This document shows, piece by piece, positions 7,876 through 15,425 of a stretch of DNA of 19,479 nt. The notes under the pieces are model-generated. The model worked only from the letters and a program-made list of their open reading frames with translations. It had not been told where the DNA came from and did no database searches. The translations under genes were made by a program, and so were the position numbers. Origin of the DNA: Myxococcota bacterium (GTDB lineage: Bacteria; Myxococcota_A; SURF-8; G963663525); contig CAXXVK010000021.1 of the NCBI GenBank assembly GCA_963676915.2, forward strand, positions 1 to 19,479, in the 5' to 3' direction. Each line of letters starts with the position of its first letter. Position 1 is the first letter of the stretch.

Positions 7876-8625
7876 ATGGTATCTCTTGAATCTGACAACA
7901 AACGCGGTACACGGCTTTCGGAAAGCCTGGAAGATTACATCGAAGCGGTTCACAAACTGATCGAAGAAAAAAAGGTGGCCCGCGTCAAAGACATCGCTTT
8001 TCTAAAAAATGTACGGATGGCTTCAGTTTCCGACGCGATGAGAAAACTCGGTGAACGTGGGTTGGTGAAATACGAAGCACGCGAATACATCGAGTTGACT
8101 CCGGAAGGGACCGAATTAGCGCGAAAAGTTCGAGTTCGACACGAGCTTTTGCGATGGTTCTTCCAGGAGTTGTTGCGTGTCAGTGAGGCGAACTCCGAAT
8201 CGGATGCTTGCACGGTGGAACATGCTCTTTCCGATGAAGGAGTGGATAAGCTCGTGAAATTGTACGAGTATTTCCGTTCCCATCCAGAACGTCAACAGAA
8301 GCTTTGGGAATTTATCGACGCCAGCGAGTCGGAAAATCCTCCTATCATACCCGCTGTGTGCACCCAAAAGCTGCGATTGTCCGATCTAAAACCGGGACAA
8401 AGCGCCAAAGTGTTGCAAATCCGATCGAAAGGCGCCGTGCGTCAACGCCTGATCGATATGGGGATGCTTCCCGATACCTGTATTTTTCTCGAACGTAAAG
8501 CGCCGACCGGCGATCCTATCTGGATTCGAATGAAGGGATTTCAACTTTCGTTAAGGCTTTCCGAGGCCGACGACGTTCAAGTTTGTTTAAGCGACGGACC
8601 CTCGAGCGGGGATTCGAAAAAATAA
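7876..8625 (+). CDS. DtxR/MntR-family metal-dependent repressor with a C-terminal FeoA domain
   Basis: LSESLEDYIEA, HTH ARVKDIA...SVSDAMRKL, LTPEG, RHELL and metal-site DACTVEH. The C-terminus LSDLKPGQSAKV...RLIDMGML...APTGDPI...LSLRLSEA is FeoA-like. Confidence 0.92.
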   Translation: MVSLESDNKRGTRLSESLEDYIEAVHKLIEEKKVARVKDIAFLKNVRMASVSDAMRKLGERGLVKYEAREYIELTPEGTELARKVRVRHELLRWFFQELLRVSEANSESDACTVEHALSDEGVDKLVKLYEYFRSHPERQQKLWEFIDASESENPPIIPAVCTQKLRLSDLKPGQSAKVLQIRSKGAVRQRLIDMGMLPDTCIFLERKAPTGDPIWIRMKGFQLSLRLSEADDVQVCLSDGPSSGDSKK

Positions 8626-8702
8626 TATTCGACGGATGGAAGCGATTTTCAGTGACTGATAGAGAGACGTGATTCCATCAACATCCGAAAAAGAGTTCAT
8701 CG

Positions 8703-10811
8703 ATGACCGAGAAGTACCGAATTGCGCTGGCAGGGAACCCGAATAGCGGAAAAACCACGGTTTTCAACGAGTTGACCGGTGCGAAGCAACTGGTTGCCAA
8801 TTATCCGGGGGTTACTGTCGAACGAAAAGACGGCAGTTATCGATACAAAGACCACAAAATTACCGTCACGGATCTTCCAGGTACGTATAGTTTGACCGCG
8901 TACAGCCCAGAGGAGCGCATTGCCCGACGGGTGATTTTGGAGGAAAAGCCTTCGGTGGTGGTCTGCATTGCGGATTCATCCAACCTCGAACGCAACCTCT
9001 ACCTGCTCGTTCAATTGATGGAAATGGGTGCGAACCTTGTGTTGGCGCTGAACATGAGCGACGACGCCCACAAGCGAGGCCAGAGGCTCGATGTCCAGCG
9101 CATGTCCGAGTTGCTGGGATTTCCCGTAATCGAAACCATTGGAAGAGTAGGCAAGGGGATCGAAGAGTTGCGGGAAGCGATTCAATTCGCTCATGAAAAC
9201 CCTGTGACGGAGCATTCTCTGGGTTCCGGTGACATGTTGGACCGTTTCGTGGACGAACTCGTCGAGAAATTGCCGGAAAAACTGCCTGAAAACGCTCCGC
9301 CTCGGCGTTGGTTAGCGTTGAAAGCGCTCGAAGACGATCAAGAGATGGTCGAGTGGATTCAGCGCAAAGTGATCGACAATGGAGCGTTTTTGCAGGCTGC
9401 CGGCGAGGTGTCGAAATCGATCGAAAGCCTTGTGGGAGAACCCGGAGAAGTCGCGATCGGCGACAAGCGTTATGGGTACGTATCGGGTTTGATTCGTGAT
9501 GTGGTGATTCGCCGCATCGACGAGAACGACCGTACCACCTCCGACATGGTGGACCGCATTTTGTGTCACAGACTTTTGGGGCTGCCGTTTTTCCTTGCAG
9601 CGATGTATCTGGTGTTTTGGCTGACTTTTGCGGTCGGCGAGTATCCGATGGGATGGTTGGAAACGATATTCGAGCATCTGGCGGAATGGCTCAACGGTTT
9701 CTGGGCGGATACCCAGGGCTTCAGTCCGTTACGCTCGCTGCTGGTGGATGGCATCATCGGTGGTGTGGGTGGCGTGATCGTCTTTTTACCCAATATCGTG
9801 CTGCTTTTCCTGGGAATCGCTTTTCTGGAAGACTCCGGCTACATGGCGCGGGCTGCGTTTCTGGTGGACAGTTTCATGCATAAAATCGGGTTGCACGGCA
9901 AGAGTTTCATTCCGATGCTCACCGGTTTCGGCTGCACCATTCCGGGAATTATGGCGACCCGGACACTCGAAAGCGAACGGGACCGTCTGACGACCATCCT
10001 TGTGCTTCCGTTGATGTCCTGCGGGGCGCGATTGCCGATTTACATGTTGCTGATACCGGCCTTTTTCTCGGAATCGTTGCGAGCACCGGTGATGTGGATG
10101 ATTTACATGATCGGCATCCTTCTCGCGGTGGCACTGGCGAAGGTGCTGCGGTCGTCGCTGCTGGCGGGAGCCTCTACCCCGTTTGTGATGGAACTGCCGC
10201 CGTACCGCCTCCCGACCCTGAAATCGGTGATGTTGAAAATGTGGCAACGTGCCTGGATGTATCTGCGGAAGGCCGGTACGGTTATTCTGGCGATCTCCAT
10301 TGTGCTTTGGGCGCTGACGACTTTCCCGCGTAAAGATGTCTACGAAGTCGACCAGAGACTGGCGCAAGGCGAACAGATGTCTCAGGAAGAAGCCGATTCG
10401 CTACGGGGTGAGGAAGCCTTGCTGTATTCCTTTGCGGGACGAATGGGTAAAGCGATGGAAGTCGTTATTTCCCCGATGGGCTTCGACTGGCGGATAGGTA
10501 CGGCGATGATCGGCGCTACCGCCGCCAAAGAAGTGTTCGTTGCGCAAATGGGCATTGTGTTTTCGTTGGGAGAAGCCGACTCGGAATCGACCGATTTGCG
10601 TGGAGCGCTTAGTGAGCGGTACACGCCGCTGGTGGCTTTTTGTGTCATGCTTTTCATGCTGATCGCCACGCCATGCGTCGCCACGTTCGCCGTTACCCGG
10701 CAGGAAAGCGGCAAGTGGAAGTGGGCCGTATTGCAATGGGGCGGATTGACCTTCTTAGGCTACGTTTTAACGTCGATCGTTTTCCAGGTGGGAACGTTTT
10801 TAGGCTGGTAG
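8703..10811 (+). CDS. feoB: Ferrous iron transport protein B
   Basis: G1 GNPNSGKT, G2 NYPGVT, G3 DLPGTYSL, G4 NMSD. Membrane domain motifs LEDSGYMARAAF, GFGCTIP, MSCGARLP, FVMELPPY, AAKEVFV and PCVAT. Confidence 0.97.
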   Translation: MTEKYRIALAGNPNSGKTTVFNELTGAKQLVANYPGVTVERKDGSYRYKDHKITVTDLPGTYSLTAYSPEERIARRVILEEKPSVVVCIADSSNLERNLYLLVQLMEMGANLVLALNMSDDAHKRGQRLDVQRMSELLGFPVIETIGRVGKGIEELREAIQFAHENPVTEHSLGSGDMLDRFVDELVEKLPEKLPENAPPRRWLALKALEDDQEMVEWIQRKVIDNGAFLQAAGEVSKSIESLVGEPGEVAIGDKRYGYVSGLIRDVVIRRIDENDRTTSDMVDRILCHRLLGLPFFLAAMYLVFWLTFAVGEYPMGWLETIFEHLAEWLNGFWADTQGFSPLRSLLVDGIIGGVGGVIVFLPNIVLLFLGIAFLEDSGYMARAAFLVDSFMHKIGLHGKSFIPMLTGFGCTIPGIMATRTLESERDRLTTILVLPLMSCGARLPIYMLLIPAFFSESLRAPVMWMIYMIGILLAVALAKVLRSSLLAGASTPFVMELPPYRLPTLKSVMLKMWQRAWMYLRKAGTVILAISIVLWALTTFPRKDVYEVDQRLAQGEQMSQEEADSLRGEEALLYSFAGRMGKAMEVVISPMGFDWRIGTAMIGATAAKEVFVAQMGIVFSLGEADSESTDLRGALSERYTPLVAFCVMLFMLIATPCVATFAVTRQESGKWKWAVLQWGGLTFLGYVLTSIVFQVGTFLGW

Positions 10812-10824
10812 AAAGGGGCGAGTG

Positions 10825-11025
10825 ATGAACCCGACAGTTGAGTACGTTCTCGTGGGCTTGATCGTCCTCGTTGCTGCGGTTCTGTTCGTCTATTTCAAGG
10901 TCCAATCGCACCGGAAACGGAAAAACACTTCCTGCTCGGGACTATGTGAAAACTGCCCGCAGCACAGCCCGGAATGTGGGGAAAACGAGAAGGATGTAAC
11001 GGAAGAATCCGATAGGGAAGGGTGA
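10825..11025 (+). CDS. FeoB-associated Cys-rich membrane protein
   Basis: Single N-terminal TM, basic patch, CSGLCENCPQHSPEC and an acidic tail; directly follows feoB. Confidence 0.8.
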   Translation: MNPTVEYVLVGLIVLVAAVLFVYFKVQSHRKRKNTSCSGLCENCPQHSPECGENEKDVTEESDREG

Positions 11026-11040
11026 ACGTCTTCTTCTCAG

Positions 11041-11069
11041 CGATCAAGACCACAACATCGCCTTGATCG
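11041..11069. terminator. Inverted repeat between convergent genes, possible terminator
   Basis: CGATCAAG-N13-CTTGATCG between the feo operon and the GNAT gene. The U-tract is weak. Confidence 0.4.
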
Positions 11070-11111
11070 AGTGCTTTCAATTCGCAGTAAATTTGTCTGA
11101 AATCAGCCGGG

Positions 11112-11567
11112 TCAGGATAGCTCCTGCTTCAATACGATCTGATCCATGCATTGGATGCCGTTCTCGAAGATCGGATTCGGGTAGTGGTCGATCATGTAGT
11201 TTTTGTTGATGGAATCGAAGCGAAAGCCGCAACGCTGGTACAAATAAAGATGCTTGATTCCGCAGTTTCCCGTCTTGATGACTATCTCCCGGTATTGTTT
11301 TTCTTTCGAATAGGCGATAGCTTTTTCCAGCAGGCCGGTTCCGATCTTTTGATTGTGAAGCTTTTCGGCAACCGCGACGTTGACGATCTCGATGGCAGCC
11401 TCACCACAAGGTTTCAGCCCAATGATTCCAACGATTTCACCGTCTTTCCATGCGGCGAAAAACGTGGCTGTATTCCTGTATTTTGCAATCTGGTCGTCGT
11501 CTTCGTCCGCCAGAAAAAGCAGGTCGTAAGGAACGTCGGCGTTTTTGATGGGGTAGATGGAAATCAT
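11112..11567 (-). CDS. GNAT family N-acetyltransferase
   Basis: PYDLLFLAD, EIVNVAV, acetyl-CoA motif HNQKIGTGLL, IKTGNCG, LYQRCGFR and PIFENGIQCMD. Start is ATG 11567 or GTG 11609. Confidence 0.88.
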   Translation of the reverse strand: MISIYPIKNADVPYDLLFLADEDDDQIAKYRNTATFFAAWKDGEIVGIIGLKPCGEAAIEIVNVAVAEKLHNQKIGTGLLEKAIAYSKEKQYREIVIKTGNCGIKHLYLYQRCGFRFDSINKNYMIDHYPNPIFENGIQCMDQIVLKQELS

Positions 11568-11592
11568 GAGTGGTGTATGTTGACTTTCATAG

Positions 11593-12117
11593 TTAAAATT
11601 TGTAGCCACATGCTTCTAATTCTTCCACCAGATAATATAACTCACCTGCCATGATAGATAGTCTCTTTTGCATTTCAGAGAGTCTCTCTTCTGCATCGGA
11701 CAGTTCATCTTCTGCATCGGACAATTGCTCTATCGTATTAGATAATTCACCTGCCATAATAGATAGTCTGCTTCGTAGACCGGTTTCCAAATAGGGCAGT
11801 TTGTCGTTTGTATCTGGTGTTTTGCTTTCCAGGTTGGACAACTTAGAGTCTATACCAGATAGGATGCCAGTAATCTTAGATAAGGTGTTTTCTATTTCAA
11901 GTAGATTGCCTTCTGTAGAAGGTGAATTTTGATGCGGTTCATAAATCAAAGCAATATCGATAGTATCAGTTATGTCCCCACCAGAAACTGCAAACGATAC
12001 GGAAACCTTGCTTATATCTGTAATATCTAATTTATTAAAATATCTTTCAAGTTGTTCTTTTGCCTCAAAATTATTGTTGGGGCGGAAAACTTCTGCTTTT
12101 AATGTAGGTTTCTTCAT
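11593..12117 (-). CDS. Hypothetical low-GC protein: small alpha/beta N-terminal domain (possibly Cse60/DUF2758-like) plus coiled coil
   Basis: 174-aa ORF from MKKPTLKAEVF (ATG 12117, GAG-rich upstream). Markedly AT-rich, e.g. 14/60 GC at 12001-12060. Heptad-rich C-terminus. Confidence 0.7.
   Translation of the reverse strand: MKKPTLKAEVFRPNNNFEAKEQLERYFNKLDITDISKVSVSFAVSGGDITDTIDIALIYEPHQNSPSTEGNLLEIENTLSKITGILSGIDSKLSNLESKTPDTNDKLPYLETGLRSRLSIMAGELSNTIEQLSDAEDELSDAEERLSEMQKRLSIMAGELYYLVEELEACGYKF
11637..11769. repeat. Nested intragenic direct repeats
   Basis: ATAA(C/T)TCACCTGCCAT(G/A)ATAGATAGTCT at 11637-11664 and 11742-11769 (period 105 nt). TCTTCTGCATCGGACA at 11687-11702 and 11708-11723 (period 21 nt). 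Confidence 0.9.
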
Positions 12118-12151
12118 GTTCTCATCTCGATGGACGGGGATTGCTTTTACC

Positions 12152-12643
12152 TTAAAAAAAGCACCAGCCCGCATCCGAGCATTCATAACCGGCGCATGGG
12201 GGACAATCGACCGGATTACGATTTTCCGGTGGGTTATTTTCGTCAAAGCAAGTTTTCATCTGAGTGCACACCTCGGGAACCTCTCCCGAGCAGATATCCA
12301 CAACAATGGCTAAGACGCAATCCTCTAGGAGGCTGAGGCTGCACTCCGGGAAGTTGTCGTCATCATCGGCACAACTGCTTACAAGCGTCTCGCTGAAGGT
12401 AATTTCGTCCTCGGCGGTCTCGGCACAGCCTTGTTCTTGATATTCGTCGACGAGCAAGTGGTGTTTCCAGTCGCAGAACTGGTCCCTTTCTTCGTTTGTC
12501 AGATCCGACAGTAATTTTGTTCGATCAACCCCCGACGAACCGAGATTGGTATTTTCTTCGTCATTGTCATCACCGCCACATGCGGGTAAAACGATTGCAA
12601 CGCTCAAAAGTACCAAGCAGATGAACAGGCTCGTTTTCTTCAT
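12152..12643 (-). CDS. Cys-rich acidic lipoprotein of unknown function
   Basis: Signal peptide MKKTSLFICLVLLSVAIVLPA-C with RBS GAGGGAGG. Contains CGGDDNDEE, SGVDRTKLLSDLTNEERDQFCDW and many further cysteines. Confidence 0.8.
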   Translation of the reverse strand: MKKTSLFICLVLLSVAIVLPACGGDDNDEENTNLGSSGVDRTKLLSDLTNEERDQFCDWKHHLLVDEYQEQGCAETAEDEITFSETLVSSCADDDDNFPECSLSLLEDCVLAIVVDICSGEVPEVCTQMKTCFDENNPPENRNPVDCPPCAGYECSDAGWCFF

Positions 12644-12708
12644 AAATACCCTCCCTCTCGAAGGACGACGCATCCCCGTCCGTTTTTTTTAAGCAAAACG
12701 TGAAAAGC

Positions 12709-12737
12709 AGGATACACCACTGCTCTATCTATTTCAA
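12709..12737 (-). promoter_or_regulatory. Putative sigma70 promoter for the lipoprotein gene and downstream genes
   Basis: Minus strand TTGAAA, 17-nt spacer, TATCCT. Confidence 0.5.
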
Positions 12738-12769
12738 CCTCGCATCGAAGCCAAAATTTCCAGGCAGAC

Positions 12770-14965
12770 TTATTTTTCCTCCGCCAGTTCCCGTTCCAGC
12801 CAATGGGCGTATTGCCACATTCCGGCCAGGGCTTTTACGGCCCGTTCCGGGGTGAGGAAGAATACGCCGTCGTAGGCGCGATCCTCGAAGCGGTAGACGG
12901 TGCGGCTGTCTTCGTCGGCCAGCAGACTGATGCCGACGATGGGTTTATGGTAGGTTTCCATCAGCTTGACCGTGTGTTCGAGGTATTGTTGCTCGAACTG
13001 CTTGAGCTGATCCGACGAGGCTTTGACGAATTCCGGCGGATAAGTGGGGTCCACCTGGTTGATGCTTTTGCCGTATTGGTCGAGATAGGCTTTGGTACCC
13101 AAGATGCCGAGATTGATGATGGCGTCGCAGCCATCCCACTTGGCCAATTCTTCGGTAACGGTCATCGGCAACACGAAATCGGTCTGGCCCACGAGATCCA
13201 CCGGGTTGGCGCGGCTCCAGAAGTACGGCAGCATTTTGTCGAATTTCTCGATCAGTTCCGGGGCCAGTTTCGGAATTTCCAAGCCGTGTTCGCTGCACAG
13301 GTCGGCTGCCACCACACCCCAGCCGCCACCGAGCGTCACGATGCCGATGCGCGGTCCCTTCGGGAGCGGGAGGCAAGAGAAAGCAGCGGAAACATCCAAT
13401 AAATTCATAGGGTTGGGGACGGTCACGATCCCTGCTTGTTTACAAACGGCATTGAAAACGCGGTTGTTCCCGGCCATGGCTCCGGTATGGCTGGCGGCGG
13501 CTTTGCTTCCTTCATCGGTGCGTCCACCTTTGAGCACCACTACCGGTTTCGTGCGACCTACGCGACGCGCAGACTCGAAGAACCGGCGACCGTTTTTCAC
13601 GCTTTCCAGGTAAAGCACGACGGTTTTGGTCAGTTCATCCACCTCGAAGGCTTCCATGTAGTCCTCGATGGTGATCATCGCTTCGTTGCCCGAGCCGGAA
13701 AAAGCACGGATGCCGATGTCTTCCTGCTCGGCAAAAGCCAGAAGCTGATTTCCCATGTTACCGGACTGCGATACCAACGCCGTCGCGCCTTTACGAGGCC
13801 AGATGTGCGAGGCCGTGCAGAAAAAGCGGTCGTGGGGATTGCAGATCCCCATCGTGTTGGGACCGAGAATGATGATATCGTGTTTGCGAGCCTCGCGGAC
13901 GAGTTCTTCCTCCAGCTTGCGGCCTTCCTCGCCGACTTCACTGAATCCGCTGGCGACCAGTACCATGCTGCGGATGCCTTTGGCTTGGCATTGGGGCAGA
14001 AGGTCGAGCACGTACTTGCCCGGAACCGTTACTACGGCCAGATCGATGGGACCGGGAACATCTTCAAGCGACGTGTACACGTCGCGACCGATCATCGAGC
14101 CACCCTTGGGATTGACGAGGTAGATGGTGCCTTCGAACCCTCCGGCGAGCACGTTGGTGGGCAGGATATGTCCCCATTTTCCAAGGGTACCGGACGCACC
14201 GACGAAAGCCACGGTGTGAGGGTAGAACATCGGTCCCAACCGGCGCGGATCGAGCTTGATCAAAGAGGTTTTCTCGGATTGCGGTTCGTTCAGCACCAAC
14301 AAAGCGTCTACGGCGCGAACTTGACCATCGGGACCGGCAACCAACGGGTTGATGTCGGCTTCGGCGACTTCCGGGTGCTCCACGGCCAGCCGCGACAGAC
14401 CCATCAGCGCCGCTTCGAGCTGGTTGCGATCCACGGCCTTTTCTCCCCGGAATTCGTCGAGCAGAGAGCGGGTTTTGATCTCTTCGATCATCTGCCGGGC
14501 GTCTCGCAATTCCAACGGAGCGAGGCGGAACACAACATCGTCCAGCGCTTCGGTCAGTACACCGCCCAGACCGAACATCACCACCGGGCCGAAGGTTGCG
14601 TCGCGGAAGAACCCGGCGACAAACTCCCGCCGTCCCTGAACCTGCGGCTGTACAAGCAAACCCTCCAGGTCGTTTCCGGCGTCGCTAGTCAATTCTTCGG
14701 CAGCTTCTCGAACGGCGTTTTCCGATGCCAGATTCAACCGAACCAACCCGCGTTCCGATTTATGCGTCAGTTTCGCACCAAGCGCCTTGAGCACGACCGG
14801 ATAGCCGAAATCTTCAGCGGCGCGGCAGGCATCATCGGGAGTGGAGGCGATGGTTTCTTTCACGACGGGAACGTTGTATTCGTCGAGAATCTGCTTGGAT
14901 TGGGCTTCGCTTAAAGAGGTTTGTCCCTGTTTCAGAGCTTGTTCGAGAATGTTTTGCGCCTGCAT
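12770..14965 (-). CDS. Acetate/acyl-CoA ligase (ADP-forming) family, fused protein with the ATP-grasp (beta) domain N-terminal
   Basis: N-terminal part: LSEAQSKQIL, GYPVVLK, HKSERG, FGPVVMFGLGG, DINPL. CoA-binding domain: VGAS...GPNTMG. Also SQSG, SGNEA, phospho-His motif SHTGAMAG and NPVDL. ATG 14965 has GAGGA upstream. Confidence 0.92.
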   Translation of the reverse strand: MQAQNILEQALKQGQTSLSEAQSKQILDEYNVPVVKETIASTPDDACRAAEDFGYPVVLKALGAKLTHKSERGLVRLNLASENAVREAAEELTSDAGNDLEGLLVQPQVQGRREFVAGFFRDATFGPVVMFGLGGVLTEALDDVVFRLAPLELRDARQMIEEIKTRSLLDEFRGEKAVDRNQLEAALMGLSRLAVEHPEVAEADINPLVAGPDGQVRAVDALLVLNEPQSEKTSLIKLDPRRLGPMFYPHTVAFVGASGTLGKWGHILPTNVLAGGFEGTIYLVNPKGGSMIGRDVYTSLEDVPGPIDLAVVTVPGKYVLDLLPQCQAKGIRSMVLVASGFSEVGEEGRKLEEELVREARKHDIIILGPNTMGICNPHDRFFCTASHIWPRKGATALVSQSGNMGNQLLAFAEQEDIGIRAFSGSGNEAMITIEDYMEAFEVDELTKTVVLYLESVKNGRRFFESARRVGRTKPVVVLKGGRTDEGSKAAASHTGAMAGNNRVFNAVCKQAGIVTVPNPMNLLDVSAAFSCLPLPKGPRIGIVTLGGGWGVVAADLCSEHGLEIPKLAPELIEKFDKMLPYFWSRANPVDLVGQTDFVLPMTVTEELAKWDGCDAIINLGILGTKAYLDQYGKSINQVDPTYPPEFVKASSDQLKQFEQQYLEHTVKLMETYHKPIVGISLLADEDSRTVYRFEDRAYDGVFFLTPERAVKALAGMWQYAHWLERELAEEK

Positions 14966-15231
14966 ACTGTCGTTCCTCGTGTGGGCTGAATGGAGAGTAG
15001 GTCCATCGATCTGGTGGTTGTGTCGCTTCATTGCGTGTAGAAGATGTATTGGATCAGGGAGCGGAAGTCAAGCCAATTGAATGTCGATTCACACCGAACA
15101 ACCGGCGACTCTCGGCGACTTGCCTAATAACGACTATAGACATAGAAGCTATGATTATAGAGGGTAATATTGTGCCGTTTTCGGGAATTTTGTGCCGGAT
15201 TTCGCAGATCGCAGGCTGGAATTTTGGGTGT

Positions 15232-15254
15232 TTTGCGTCACATTGTGACGTAAA
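15232..15254. promoter_or_regulatory. Palindromic putative operator
   Basis: Perfect 7-1-7 inverted repeat CGTCACA-T-TGTGACG (15236-15250) with TTT/AAA flanks, in the divergent intergenic region. Confidence 0.55.
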
Positions 15255-15260
15255 TCCAAC

Positions 15261-15299
15261 CCTTTGTGCCCCAAAATCAGTCCTTTGTGCTCCAAAGTC
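15261..15299. repeat. Tandem 18-bp direct repeat with 21-bp period
   Basis: CCTTTGTGCCCCAAAATC (15261-15278) and CCTTTGTGCTCCAAAGTC (15282-15299), 16/18 identical. Confidence 0.8.
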
Positions 15300-15325
15300 G
15301 TGACATTTCGTGCACGATCGTTCCC

Positions 15326-15353
15326 TTGCAAACCGCTGTATCGGTGTTAAAAT
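15326..15353 (+). promoter_or_regulatory. Putative sigma70 promoter of the alpha/beta hydrolase
   Basis: TTGCAA, 16-nt spacer, TAAAAT, with an extended -10 TG. Confidence 0.55.
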
Positions 15354-15425
15354 ACATTACAACGAGAGGGGGAACTCTTCCCCTTGCTTTACAAATCAAA
15401 CCAACTTCGATCAGGACGAACTGCC

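Noticed and set aside
11637-11769. CRISPR-like repeat-spacer pattern
   Set aside because: Only two copies of each repeat, in frame within a coding sequence, and no cas genes.
13436-14914. 492-aa plus-strand ORF, and 12803-13402
   Set aside because: Antisense shadow of the acyl-CoA ligase. No recognisable motifs, and such open frames are expected from codon bias in GC-rich genes.
15161-15200. Sigma54 promoters at the minus-strand CGGCACAA motifs
   Set aside because: The -24-like GGCAC is present but there is no GC 10 nt downstream (both read CC). Treated as possible binding repeats instead.
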